The translations under genes and the position numbers were made by a program. Source: Octopus vulgaris (Eukaryota). From it: a stretch of DNA of 64,000 nucleotides. Within the stretch, counting starts at the first letter, position 1. The number at the start of each line of letters is the position of its first letter. This document shows, piece by piece, positions 23,923 through 37,310 of the stretch. The DNA is taken from assembly GCA_951406725.2 (NCBI GenBank), contig OX597838.1, forward strand, positions 20,832,001-20,896,000, given 5' to 3'. The notes below the pieces were generated by a model, which saw only the letters and a program-made list of their open reading frames with translations, made no database searches and was not told the DNA's origin.

Positions 23923-26900
23923 TAAATTTGTATTCTACAAAAGTGTAGAATAACCCATCAGTTTAATGAAAAATTGTTATTATAACTGAACATCACAACG
24001 AACATTAATACTGATGGTGCTCCAGCATGGCCACAACCTTAGGGCCAAAACATATAAAAGAATATATATATATATATATAGGTGCAGTTGTGGCTGTGTG
24101 GCAAGAAGCTTGTTTCCCAACCACATGGTTCCAGGTTCCGTCCTGCTGTGTGCCACCTTGGGCAAGTGTCTTCTACTATAGCCTTGGGCCAACCAAAGCC
24201 TTGTGAGTGGATTGGTAGATGGAAACTGAAAGAAGCCTGTTATATGTATATGTGTGTGTGTGTATAAATATATATGTATGTGTCTTTGTGTTTGTTCCCC
24301 CCATCACCACTTGACAATCGTTGTTGGTGTGTTTATGTCCATATAACCTAGTGGTTTAGCATGACAAGACTTCTTTCAGTAGAAGGCACAAACCCAAGGT
24401 GCCACACAGTGGGACTGAACTCAGAACCATGTGGTTGTGAAGCAAGCTTCTTACCCAACAGCCACGTTGGTGTTAGTTTTCTTTTCTGAAGATCTTACCT
24501 GGAATATTTGATCCATTGCTAAACTTACCATGATGAAGGTTGAAACGCAGATATTAAATGACGATGATGACGAGAACGATGACGCCGCTGCTTTCCCTGA
24601 AATACTGAATCATTAATTAATAAGCTGAACATCAATTACACCAATTGCACCAGTCTCGAAGTCTGATCTGTGAGGTTCTTGGGTATTACTTCCTTTTCTG
24701 ACCTCACTTACTACAAGTACAGAGAGAGAGAGAGGTGGGGAGGAGAAAAGGAAGTTTATGAATGAGTAGGTAGGAGAATGGGAGGAAGAGACAGATGGGT
24801 GTGGTGGTGGTGGTTCAGTGTTGAGAGACAAAGAAGGAAGGAAAATGCATGAATATATACTTGCACGTGTATATCAGCTGTTTTGAAGATACACATATGC
24901 ACACACAATTCTTATAAACAATTTTCTGTTACCTTGGCAGTGTTTTGCTTTTCTCTTGGCTTTATCATTTCTATCTTCTTTCTGCTTTTTTTTCTTCTTT
25001 GGTTTATAAACATATCCTTTTGTTTCAATTTTGTAATCTTTCTTTCAGTTATTGCTGTTGCGTGGGAGTTGACTGCACTGAGATGAACTCTGTCTGTTAG
25101 CTCCACTATAAACCAGCAACGATCACAATAGATTGGGTTTTTTTAACCTTAGATTGCGTACCAACCACATGGTTCTGGATTCATTCCCACTGCATGGCAT
25201 CTTGGGCAAGTGTCTTCTACTGTAGCCTCGGGCTGACTAAAGCCTTGTGGGTGGATTTGGTAGACGGAAACTGAAAGGAGCCCGTCGTATATATGTATAC
25301 ACATGTATGTGTGTGTATATGTTTGTGTGTCTGTTTGTCCCCCAAACATCGCTTGACAACCGATGCTGGTGTGCTTACGTCCCCGTAACTTAGCGGTTTG
25401 GCTAAAGAGAATAAGTACTAGGCTTACAAAGAATAAGTCCTGGGGTTGATTTGCTCGACTAAAGGCGGTGCTCCAGCATGGCCGCAGTCAAATGACTGAA
25501 ACAAGTAAAAGAGTAACCCTTTGACTGTGTAATTAAATTTCAAGGTCACTCTCTTAATGATGATAATTATCCACTTAAAAAATATTTTCTGCCATAGGCA
25601 TGGCTGTGTGTTAAGAAGCTTGCTTTCCAACCACATGGTTCTGGGTTCAGTCCCATTGTGTGCCAACTTATGCAAGTGTCTTTTACCATAGCCTCGAGCT
25701 GACCAAAGCCTTGTGAATGGATTTGGTAGATGGAAACTGAAAAAAAACCTGTCATCTATGTGTGTGTGTGTGTGTGTGTGTATGTGAATTTCTCTCTGTT
25801 TGTCCTCTACCACTACTTGACAACCAGTGTTGGTATGTTTACATTCCTGTGACTTAGCAGTTCGGCAAAAAAGACCAATAGAATAAGTACCAGGCTTAAA
25901 AGAAAAAACTTAAGTCCTGGGGTTGATTTGTTCAACTAAATCCCTTCAAGGCAGTGCCCCAGCATGGCCACAGTGAAATGACTGAAACAAGTAAAAGATA
26001 AAATACTCTTTCAGTATCTCCTGTGGGTATGGTTTCCATAGCCACCCCTAAAAGTATTTGATTCTTGCTCTGTAAAGGGATATTTGATGAAGTATGTGAA
26101 AAAATTAAGGTAATCCAACAGACTAGACTGTCCCTGGAGGTGTTTCTTTTCTGCCTCTTGAAGCATAATTTTTTTTTTCTTTTGTATATTTCGGTCATTA
26201 GATTGTGTCCATGCAGGGGCTCTTCCTTGAAAAATTGACCCCAAAACTTATTGTTTACTTTTTAAAGCCTGGTACTTACTCTGTTGGTCTTTTCTTTTTT
26301 TTTGCTGAATTACCATATGGAGTTATCTCCCTTCACACAAAAGATTTTTTTTTTTATATATACTGGTTACAGCCGTACGTTGAGGCCATGCCTGTGACAC
26401 TGTCTTTGAAAAGTATACATCGTCTCAATTAAAGATTATTTCTACATATGTATGAAAAGATATTGCTAATTTAATTTTTCACACCAATTCGTATGCCTTC
26501 TGTGCTAAAATCTTTACATACCAAATAGATTTCACCTAGAATCAACAGTACCAAGGCCACTAATGCTATTACATTCCCTACTCCTTGAGCAGGAAGGACA
26601 CCTTGCATAACGTCGTAAATGTCTGAAAATGAGATGAGATTGTCATGGCTAGATTGTCAATGATCTTAGTTCAGCTCAGTTTGGGAAGTCCTGGGGCTAA
26701 ACAGCACTACCACCACCTAAGTGTCGGGTGCCTTTTGCAGGGTTTTACACCGTGGCAAGTATTTGTCCCTACTAAACGCTCACCTTCTACTTGTTCCCTC
26801 CCTACCTGTATTCAGACTGGGCACCAATCCACGTGGATCTCACCACTCTGGAAGACATTGGTCTACACCTGTTCATGTTGGAACTCAGTCACGTCAGTCT

Positions 26901-26939
26901 CAGACCAATCTAGAACTGGGACCTGCAAAGGAACATGTA

Positions 26940-27250
26940 ATAATAATGAAATTATTATGTACAGTGCTCAGGTGCACCACAACTTGTCAAAAGTGCGTAT
27001 AAAGCATATGCAGTAATGTACAAATGTCTGGGAAGCGAACAATGTACGAGTCAAATACATGGTTGCGTGTGTATGGAGCAGAAAAAAATCAGGTGTAGTG
27101 TTGGTGAAACTCAGGAAGCATAGAAGTTTTGAAAGATGCAGTGCTCCAACAACTAACAACTGATGCTGGCAGTTTGTTCCATACTTCAGCAACTCTCAGC
27201 GTGAAAAAATGTTTCCGAAAGTCATGGGAGCTGTGCTGTTTTCTGACTTG
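26940..27250 (-). mobile_element. CR1 3' end (related subfamily)
   Basis: Reverse complement of KVRKQHSSHDFRKHFFTLRVAE..NKLP plus the 3' UTR gtgcacctgagcactgtac. Confidence 0.85.
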
Positions 27251-27939
27251 GTGTGATGCCCTTCCTTTTTATTTATTTATTTTTTTAAACTAAGACTGGT
27301 TTCAAAATTTGGCACAAAGCCAGCAATTTTAGGGGAAGAGGTAAGTCGATTACACTGACCCCAGTGTTTCGCTCAATTGGTACATATTTTATCAGCCTCG
27401 AAAGGATGAAAGGCAAAGTTGACCTTGGCAGAATTCATACTCAAAACATAAATCCAGATGCAATGCTGTTAAATATTGTATCTGGAATGCTAATTATTCT
27501 GTCAGTTCACCGTTTTTTTCTTAACTGAAATGAAAGCTCCACTAATCCCTCCTATACTGGATTCTCCTTCCTTTCATGTTTTTATGGTGCAGCATTGGAA
27601 ATTTTACAAGTTTTACTTTCAGTAGTCTGTTCTGTAACAGTGCAATTCTAAAAAAAACCCTTGGGAGTTTTATCTGCAGCATTCTGCTGTACAGCAGTGG
27701 AACTCCTGGAATTTTTACATACAATATGTTGCTGTGTAGTAGAACTTCATTCAGAAAGCTTTACCTACAGTCATTTTCTGTGGAACACCTGGATTTTTTT
27801 TTTACTGTGTAACACAGTGGGACTTTAGCATGGTTTCACAAGAGCTCCTGATAGTTTTACCTTTCAGTTTTTTTTTATGTATCAGAAGAACAGCTGAGCC
27901 TTTATGTATACCTGTAAAGCTTGTGTGTGTATGTATATA

Positions 27940-28454
27940 CTGTAAATCCCTGAGTATAATCTGCATTTTTTCCCCAAAATTTAAAGGTCAAAATCCCTAG
28001 TGCGTACAATATACAAGGTTAAAAATGAAAAGATATTTCCTAAGCAATGTCCGAGTCTCTATTTGCTGTCTGGCAATATTTATTCAGACGCATTTTGTGA
28101 TGTCGGGCGCGAAAATACCTTAAGTTAAGTCTGAAAGCAATGAAGTCATAAAAGAATCATCCATAACTTGCAATAAGCAACATTTATTAAACGTTATTAC
28201 TGTTATTTCTTTATTTTCTGCAAACAAAATGCACAAAAAAGCTACACGTTTGCATTATGTTATATATATACAATAATAATAAAGGACGTTCCCGTATACA
28301 TTTTTACAAACTAAGGACGTTATATAGCCCTCCTTGACTCAAGTTAGAGAAGGGGTGCGTATTATACACAAGGTTTAGGTTTTTCAGAAGTACAGCCCTC
28401 TAAAAATCCCTTGCGTATTATACTCAAGGGCAGACTATACTCGAGGATTTACAC
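27940..28454. mobile_element. pogo/Tigger-like (Tc1/mariner superfamily) MITE
   Basis: TA|CTGTAAATCCCTGAGTATA ... TATACTCGAGGATTTACAC|TA with subterminal gcgtattatac repeats. Second copy at 33649-34173. Confidence 0.85.
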
Positions 28455-28519
28455 TACATATATATATATATATTCAATTATGAATTAAAAGCAGTGCAAG
28501 TGTTGTAAACATTATCAGC

Positions 28520-28722
28520 TGCACATACTCAATGTATGTGTTTTGTTTGTTTGCTGGTTCACTGCTTATGGTGCTTGGAAGGCAACTCCTTCATAACAGT
28601 GAGTGTTAAAACACCCAGGAATTATAAGTGTTTTAACACCCAGCATTATGCGGGAGTCGTCTCCCAAGTGTTATATCGCAACAAACTGGTGAACAAATGA
28701 AGCACATACATTGAATATGAGT
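28520..28722. repeat. Older degenerate fold-back inverted repeat
   Basis: catactcaatgtatgtg...gtgttaaaacac versus gtgttttaacac...cacatacattgaatatg. Confidence 0.7.
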
Positions 28723-28913
28723 GGTCAATAATAAATAGATAAATATATATATATACATATACCGGAGTAAACACATAAATGTGAAACAAGGTGGAAAAAA
28801 GAGTACTCAAATACCAGTGGTAGAGTAATATGCTTTATTTAAAACAGCAGAAAATTCAACAAAACCTGTTACTCTGAGTTTCCCATTGCCGCTCATCGGA
28901 CAGTTTTTGCTAT

Positions 28914-30063
28914 ATTATAGCAAAAACTGTCCGATGAACGGCAACAGGAAACTCAGAATATAGCAAAAACTGTCCGATGAACGGCAACGGGAAACTCAGA
29001 ATATAGCAAAAACTGTCCGATGAACGGCAACAGGAAACTCAGAATATAGCAAAAACTGTCCGATGAACGGCAACAGGAAACTCAGAATATAGCAAAAACT
29101 GTCCGATGAACGGCAACGGGAAACTCAGAATATAGCAAAAACTGTCCGATGAACGGCAACGGGAAACTCAGAATATAGCAAAAACTGTTCGATGAACGGC
29201 AACGGAAACTCAGAATATAGCAAAAACTGTCCGATGAACGGCAACGGGAAACTCAGAATATAGCAAAAACTGTCCGATGAACGGCACGGGAAACTCAGAA
29301 TATAGCAAAAACTGTCCGATGAACGGCAACGGGAAACTCAGAATATAGCAAAAACTGTCCGATGAACGGCAACGGGAAACTCAGAATATAGCAAAAACTG
29401 TCCGATGAACGGCAACAGGAAACTCAGAATATAGCAAAAACTGTCCGATGAACGGCATCAGAATATAGCAAAAACTGTCCGATGAACGGCAACGGGAAAC
29501 TCAGAATATAGCAAAAACTGTCCGATGAACGGCAACGGGAAACTCAGAATATAGCAAAAACTGTCCGATGAACGGCAACGGGAAACTCAGAATATAGCAA
29601 AAACTGTCCGATGAACGGCAACGGGAAACTCAGAATATAGCAAAAACTGTCCGATGAACGGCAACGGGAAACTCAGAATATAGCAAAAACTGTCCGATGA
29701 ACGGCAACGGGAAACTCAGAATATAGCAAAAACTGTCCGATGAACGGCAACGGGAAACTCAGAATATAGCAAAAACTGTCCGATGAACGGCAACGGGAAA
29801 CTCAGAATATAGCAAAAACTGTCCGATGAACGGCAACGGGAAACTCAGAATATAGCAAAAACTGTCCGATGAACGGCAACGGGAAACTCAGAATATAGCA
29901 AAAACTGTCCGATGAACGGCAACGGGAAACTCAGAATATAGCAAAAACTGTCCGATGAACGGCAACGGGAAACTCAGAATATAGCAAAAACTGTCCGATG
30001 AACGGCAACGGGAAACTCAGAATATAGCAAAAACTGTCCGATGAACGGCAACGGGAAACTCAG
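28914..30063 (+). repeat. Tandem array, 27 copies of 43-bp unit aatatagcaaaaactgtccgatgaacggcaacgggaaactcag
   Basis: Counted by eye; highly homogeneous with a few 1-nt variants and one 9-nt deletion. Sits inside an inverted repeat (left arm about 28829-28916, right arm to about 30108). Confidence 0.97.
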
Positions 30064-30076
30064 AGTAACAGGTTTT
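30031..30076 (+). ncRNA. Putative variant minimal type I hammerhead ribozyme (terminal unit); antisense twin at about 28861-28906 (-)
   Basis: CUGU-CCGAUGA-aCG(GCAA)CGg-GAAA-CUC(A)GAG-UA^ACAG: stem I CUGU/ACAG, GNRA-capped short stem II, near-palindromic stem III, GUA triplet. The core has U4C and a 10.1-11.1 mismatch, so activity is unproven. Confidence 0.55.
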
Positions 30077-30104
30077 GTTGAATTTTCTGCTGCTTTAAAT
30101 AAAG

Positions 30105-30136
<32 letters not shown>

Positions 30137-31634
30137 ATAATGAAAAAAACAATGATAATTTTTGTGTATATGAATGTGGGTGTGTATGTATGTTGCTGTA
30201 CATGATTTACTTTTTGGTGTATATATGATTTGCTTATTGTGCGAGTATGCAAATAATTGTGCATTTTGTGTGTGATTTTGCTCTGTGTTTGTGCATACGT
30301 GCATGATTTTGTTTGGTGTGTAGGTGTGTGTATATGGTTGGGTTTGTGTGTGTGTGTGGTTGTGCTTCTGTGTGTGAAATATATAAATCTAACCATTTTT
30401 TCTGAAGAATTGTTGCTAAAGTGAAAGTCTTTTAATATTTATTGGTAGGAAGATGCTAAAGTCGCTGTAAGTATCAAAGCATGTTTTTCTTTTCTGTATA
30501 CATATGTGTATATATATATATTTATATAGACTTGTTTCTCATTTTTTTACCATTGCCTTCTCTCCCATCCCTCCGCAACTTCCCTTCAACCGTAGATTGC
30601 TAGCCTCAGTTCTTTTACTATCACCGCCATGTACCATTTCCTTTTTTTTTTAGTCTCTCTCCAGCTTGATGTATTTTTATCTGTATATTTAGTTTTTATT
30701 GTTGTCTTGTTGGCACCATCAATACAGCATCAGACTAAATGCCTTGTGGCATTTAGTTACACCCCTTCAGATTCCAAATTCAAATCTTGTCCAGAATTGT
30801 TTTGCCTTTGATCTCTCCGGGGTGGTGGAAGTTAGATAACACAATTATCAGTAGTATACTAGGGTCAGTTTTTAAGCAATCCTGCCCCAAATATGCTGCC
30901 TTGTGACTAAATTAGAAAAAAAAAAAAAGTATTTTGCAAGCTTTTAGTATTTTTTAATTTTGTTTATTTTAGTGATTTTATTATTTTTGTACTTCTGTAT
31001 ATTTTGTTTTTACTCTTCACGTTGTGTCTCACAAATAGTTTCACTAAAAGATAATTTTTTTTTTTGTTTTCCGTTTTGGTTTTGTCACATGGTCTTGCTT
31101 TACCTTCTTTGTAGTTTCCTGTTTTTGGCTGTTATTTCTTTGTTCATCTGTTCTGTAACCCGCACTGACCGACCTCCCCTCAGACATGCTTTCACTACAA
31201 CTGCTTCTATTATCACTATAATAATTAACTATTACAGTGATAATTAGTTTTTAGTATTGTGTTGTTGTTACTGTTGTTGTATCCACTCATCTAAAAATCA
31301 TGTTTTTTTGTTGATTTTTCTCTTCAATTTTTTTTTTCTCCATTGTTACAATTGCTTTATTAGTAATTCTAACAAATTGAAAATTTAAAGATTCTAGCAG
31401 ACATTTTGTGACCCACTTTCAAATTTTGTATGTTGTTTGTATCCCAACCTTTTTAAAGTAATGCATGATTATTAAAGTAAATTTCCAGTTCTTTTGTCTT
31501 GGAGTGAAAACAAATAACCTGTCTATAAATCCAAGAAAGAAGGAATTATAGCCATTAAGTTTTGATTTGGTGTTTCCTGTCTCCAGGCCCGAATCAATGG
31601 AATAAATGCCACTTATCTCTTGGAATCATTTTAA

Positions 31635-32085
31635 CCTTTTAGAATTTAGATTACTCTTTCATGTGTAATGTTTATTTATTCACATTTTTAAAAATTAGTC
31701 ATTTATCTCATAGTTTTGAGATTTCAATGATGTGGTTATTTATTTCTAGAATGAACATTGTAGGGTAGGTGTGCAAAGTCTGATCTGACCAGTTTGAACA
31801 TAATACACATAATACAGGTAGGATATTTGGGTCAGATACAGCAGGTTTAACCCTTTCGTTACCAACCCAGCTGAAACCGCCTCTGGCTCTGTAGTACAAA
31901 TGTCTTGTTTTCATAAGTTTTGAATTAAAACTTTCCACCAAACCTTAGTCACAACTTATGTTCCTAACACTAGCTTGATGACAACTAAGTTATTTTACTA
32001 GATTCTTTGTTATATTTAGAATTAATTGAAAGAAACACAGCATCTCAAAATAAATACAGTAACAAAAAGGTTAAATGCTAAAGGG
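31635..32085. mobile_element. piggyBac-like MITE with a second piggyBac-like MITE (31851-32070) nested in it
   Basis: Inner element TTAA|CCCTTTCGTTAC...GTAACAAAAAGG|TTAA; outer element TTAA|CCTTTTAG(A)ATTT...AAATGCTAAAGGG. The inner family also occurs at about 48711-48842. Confidence 0.8.
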
Positions 32086-32204
32086 TTCGTTAGCTATGTC
32101 TGGTAACAAACAGAATTGGCTTCATTTATAGGAATAAAGAAAATATCATTATCATGGACAGTAATGATGTGTGCATTTGTCCCTCTATTGGAAATCATTA
32201 GTAT

Positions 32205-32360
32205 CAGGGGCAGACTGAGCCATCGGTCAATCAGGCACTGCTCGAGGGCCTGCAGCTCTGAGGGGCCCGTACTCTACATGTTAACTCCACTGATATCAAT
32301 GCTAAGGGACCCGGTAGACAGTTATGCCCGAGGGCTCTTAATACTCTCAGTCCGCCCCTG
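32205..32360. mobile_element. hAT-like MITE
   Basis: TIRs CAGGGGCAGACTGAG / CTCAGTCCGCCCCTG; imperfect 8-bp target duplication attagtat / attgatat. Confidence 0.7.
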
Positions 32361-33648
32361 ATTGATATTATAAATATTGGTCTTGTTCCAATGTCAGTTT
32401 TCCAACCCTATGCATAAATGTATATTGCTGCATTATACATGCCATTATTCTTCATGTGTAGCCTTGGCATTTGTAGCATATAAGCATCATGTAGACAGTG
32501 AGATATTTTGTGTAACACTGGTAATGTGTATGTAATGACACAAGATCAATGTCTGTCTTGTAAAAATATGTAGATACACACACATGCATACAAGTATTCA
32601 TTCATATGGACAGATGTGTATGTATATGTGTGTGTGTGTGTATATATATATCACCTTGACCGACCAGGCTATCAGGTGTTGCTACACATCGCTGGTCACA
32701 ATGTGCTTCGCATTGTTTTAGCCTTCAAATGATGCCACCCTGCAGACTAAGCTAGTAGGCCAATAGAAGAAAGAGTGAAAGAAAGTTGTGGCGAAAGAGT
32801 ACAGCAGGGATCGCCACCACCCCTTGCCGGAGCCTCGTGGAGCTTTAGGCGTTTTTACTCAATAAACACTCACAACGCCTGGTCCGGGAATCGAAACTGC
32901 GATCCTACAACCGCGAGTCCGCTGCCCTAACCACTGGGCCATTGCGCCTCCACATATATAGTATTGCTGTGGGTGCCACATAAAAAGCACTGATGGTGAT
33001 GGTGCTACATAAAAAGCACCCTGTACACCCTGTGGAGTGGTTGGTGTTAAGGAGGGCATTCGCCAAAACAGACTACGGAACCTGATGTGGTCCCTGGTTT
33101 TGTCAGTTCCTGTCAAGCCGTACAACCCATACCAGCTAAGTGGACTGGAGCAACGTGAAATGTAGTGTTTTGCTCAAGAACACAACATGTTGCCTGGTCC
33201 AGGAATTGAAACCACAACCTTACAATCATGGGTCCAACACGCTAACCACTAAGCCCTATATAGATATATATGGTAGATGGTGAACAATAAACTGTCCAGC
33301 CACATATTGATGAAGTGACAAAGATTGTAAAGGGAAAAGGTAAGTGACACATGGTGCTAAATGTTAAGATCTATCTTTGAGAGGTACCCAGCTAGAGAGA
33401 AGAGAAAAACCAGTGGGTAATGACATGTGACCATTATAAAGCTATGGATGCATGGTTCAGTGGTTAAGTGGGCAGGTTACTTGGAATAAAATAGCAGCAC
33501 AGGTGTCAGTAAAATATATAATAGAAATACTAGTGTTAAAAGTGAATTGAGAAGAAACAGTACTAGGGTCATTGAAATTTAGTAGTCGTTCTGGATTTTG
33601 TTTAATAAAGTCAACAAAGTACAAATTGCAGAGTAACTATAATAAGTA

Positions 33649-34173
33649 CCATAAATCCTCTAGTATAATCCGCACTTTTTTCCCAAAATTTAAAGGTCAA
33701 AATCCCTAGTGCATACTATATACGAGGTTAAAAATGAAAAAAAATATTTTCTAAGTAATGTCCGAGTCTCTATTTGCTGTCCGGCAATGTTTATTCAGAC
33801 GCATTTTGTGATGTCGGGCGCGAAAATACCTTAAGCTAAGCCTGAAAGCAATGAAGTCATAAAAGAATCATCCATAACTTGCAGTAAGCAACATTTATTA
33901 AAATAAAAGTATTCAGAACACAGAATAACATGTAACAAAAACAATTTGCAAACATATTTGCATTCCCATATAACAGTTAAGAACATCACCATTATTGTAT
34001 TACGCATGCACGGAAGTGTTTGTTCGACTAGGTGCTTCTGGCTTAATTATGCACCACTCAAGTTAGAGAAGGGGTGCGTATTATACACAAGGTTTAGGTT
34101 TTTCAGAGGTACAGCCCCCTAAAAATCCCCTGCGTATTATACTCAAGGGCGGACTATACTCAAAGATTTACGG
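33649..34173. mobile_element. pogo/Tigger-like MITE, second copy
   Basis: TA|CCATAAATCCTC...GATTTACGG|TA; shares both ends with 27940-28454 but has a different middle. Confidence 0.85.
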
Positions 34174-34734
34174 TACTAGTTGTGGGTAACTAAAATAAAA
34201 TGCTAAAATGAAGCATTTTTCTTGCAATCATTAAAATATAGTACCAATACTGAGCTTGGTTTTTCTAAGATGTGTCGTCATGTGTCTCTGTTCTAAATCT
34301 CTTTTTTTTTTTTGCTGATTTTGCTGATTCTCATGACACTCTGTCACCATCCACTTCCATTATTATGAATATGAATTGGGAATTAAGTCATTAATCTTTC
34401 ATTAGCTGATTACAAAACTATGGTCGCCACCTCTATGAATGTGTTACAGTTATTCCCTTGATACAGCTTGGTGATCTTGACCATTGATCTTTGAGGATTC
34501 CTCCTCTCAGCATCCAATATAAGAAGCACCATTGGCTCAGTTGAGTTCTTTTGCTGCTTTTCACAGTCTGCCATGCTACAGTCTCAGGAATCAGCTATTT
34601 CCCTGGCAGGGTGGTTGAACGGGTGCTATGCCTTGCCAAGGGCGACCTGTAACTATGCAGGGCACAATCGTCCCTCTGTGGGGGGTATTTTCAAATACCC
34701 ACATACCGATATTAGTAATATTTGCTAAATGGAC

Positions 34735-35230
34735 GGTGGACTGACAGAGATAGTTGGGTGGTGGTTAAGTTAAGTGGAGTGACAGGGAGTGGAGGGTAAG
34801 ATAGTTGACTGGTGGTTAGAGTGGGTGGAGGGACAGATTGTCGAGGGAGGTTAAGGTGAATGGTGTGACAGATTGTTGAATGGTGGTTAAGGAGAGTGGA
34901 GTGGCAGATGATTGAGTAGTGGTTAATGTGAGTGGAGTGGCAGAGATGGTTGAGTGATAGTTAGAATGAATGGAGTTGCAGAGATGGTTGAGTGATGGTT
35001 AGAATGAGTGTAGTAGAAGAGATGGTTGAGGTGAGAGGTGTGACAGATTGTTAAGTGGTGGTTAAAGTGAGTGAAGTAACAGAGATAATTGAGTGATAGT
35101 TAGGATGAGTGGAGTGGCAGTTAAGGTGAGTGGAGTGGCATAGATAGTTGAGTGATGGCTAAGATGAGTGGGGGGGCAGGATTGGTTAAATGATAGTTGA
35201 AGTGAGTGGAGTGGCAGAAATGACTGAGTA
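34735..35230. repeat. Degenerate purine-rich minisatellite, about 33-bp units (gagtggagtggcagagatggttgagtgatggtta)
   Basis: Recurrent motif visible about 14 times. Confidence 0.75.
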
Positions 35231-36861
35231 GGCAGTGAGCTGGCAGAAACATTTGCACGTCGGGCGAAATGCTTAGCGGTATTTTGTCTGCCGCTACGTT
35301 CTGAATTCAGATTCTGCCAAGGTCGATTTTGCCTTTCATCCTTTCGGGGTCGATTAAATAAGTACCAGTTAAGCACTGGGGTCGATATAATCGACTTAAT
35401 ACCTATGTCTGTCCATGTTTGTCTCCTCTATGTTTAGCCCCTTGTGGGTAATAAAGAAATAGGTATTTTGTCTGTCGCTACATTCTGAATTCAAATTCTG
35501 CTGAGGTCGACTTTGCCTTTCATCCTTTCGGGGTCGATTAAATAAGTACCAGTTATGCACTGGGGTCAATATAATCAACTTAATCCATTTGTCTGTCCTT
35601 GTTTGTCCCCTCTTTGTGTAGCCTCTAGTGGGCAGTAAATAAATAAGAAATGACCTAGTAGAGATTAAGTGGCATGGTAGAGATGGTAGTGCACTTGAGT
35701 AAATGACTTACTATTTACTTTACATATCTTTACAGTCTAAGTTCAAATGCTGTTAGAGTCTAAATTTGTCTTTCATTTCTGGGCTTAATGCTGAAAGTTA
35801 TTATTAACCAGACTACGTCTCTGATCTGAAATTTGTCGTCTTGTATTAATATTTAATTATTCATGCTGATGTTGCCAATTTTAATTGTCTTAATGGTATT
35901 GCTGTTGTTGTTGCTGTTGTTGCTGCTGAATATTTATCTCTCTCTCTCATTAATATTCAGTTGATTACATCATTAGCCTTGGAGACTATTCATCTTATTA
36001 AATTGCTGATATTTAGCAATGTCACTACTGTTGTGTTTATAGCAATGTATGTATTATAAATATTGGCACTACTAGTACTGCTACTACTACTGGCTAGCTG
36101 GCAGAATCGTTAGCACACTGGCTGAAATGCTTAGCTGTATTTCACCTGTCTCTAGGTTCAAATTCCGCCGAGATTGACTTTGCCTTTCATCCTTTCGTTA
36201 AATTAAATATCAGTGAAACACTGGGGTCAGTGTAATAGACTAGTCCCCTCCCCCCAAATTTTAGGCCTTGAGCCCATAGTAGAAAGGATTATTATTATTA
36301 TTATTATTGTGTGAGAGCAGTGCATGCCATAAAAGTGACACTGGGGTACAAATACATGAAGCCCAATATACCCATCATGGCTACCTGTCTAATACGGGTA
36401 CACCAGGTATGTGCATCGCAACCATGTATGCACAACATAGTGATTTCATGTCAAGATAAACAACACGCGACCTTGCAGGTAGGGCACAGTTAGAATTTTC
36501 TTCAGGTCGAGTGGCCCATCCCACTCAAAAGGTCCTTGAATAAGGGTTGTTTGAAGATGATGAATGAAACACCCGTGTTTCTGGAGGTGAATTCTTCAAA
36601 CCTCAAGGAATTTCTCTCAATACATGGCTATGATGCTCTCCCACTAGTTCTGCTCGTGATCAGAGATGCACATATTGTCAGCCACTAAGGGACATGCTCA
36701 ACTGGTTAAGCTCAAACAACTGACAAGCAAATCTGTGGTTTTGAGCAGAATGTTTGCTGTAGCCCATCTTTTATACCAAGACAAAACAATGTACATGATA
36801 ACACTTCCAATCAGTTAAGATCAGAAGCCATGAGAGCCACTGCCTGGTACTTCATCAGGGC

Positions 36862-36894
<33 letters not shown>

Positions 36895-37265
36895 CATCAT
36901 CATCATCATCATTGATTTGACTCAGGTTCATTCTTATTCGTGGTAGAATTTATGTGGGTAACGGGTTACTACCTGTTACCTTAGAAGTATCCATAATCTT
37001 TTAAGAGATCCTGATAACCTTTCCTCTCCCTAAGAGGCAAACGTTTTGTAGAAGCTCTACAGGCATTCTATTCCAGTCTCTTTCGACCAGTTATCTATAT
37101 CTTTGCTTCAGTTCCCAATGCACCAATTTTTATAGGCACAACCCTTACAATTTTCATATTTCAAATTTTAAGGGAATGTGTTTTTTTTGTCTTTCTTTAC
37201 AATCCTGAAATCAAATGGACATGATGGATCAATTAGTTAAGATATTATTATTATTATTATTATCA

Positions 37266-37310
<45 letters not shown>

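Noticed and set aside
28914-30063. CRISPR-like array
   Set aside because: Units are contiguous near-identical repeats with no unique spacers; eukaryotic intron, no cas genes.
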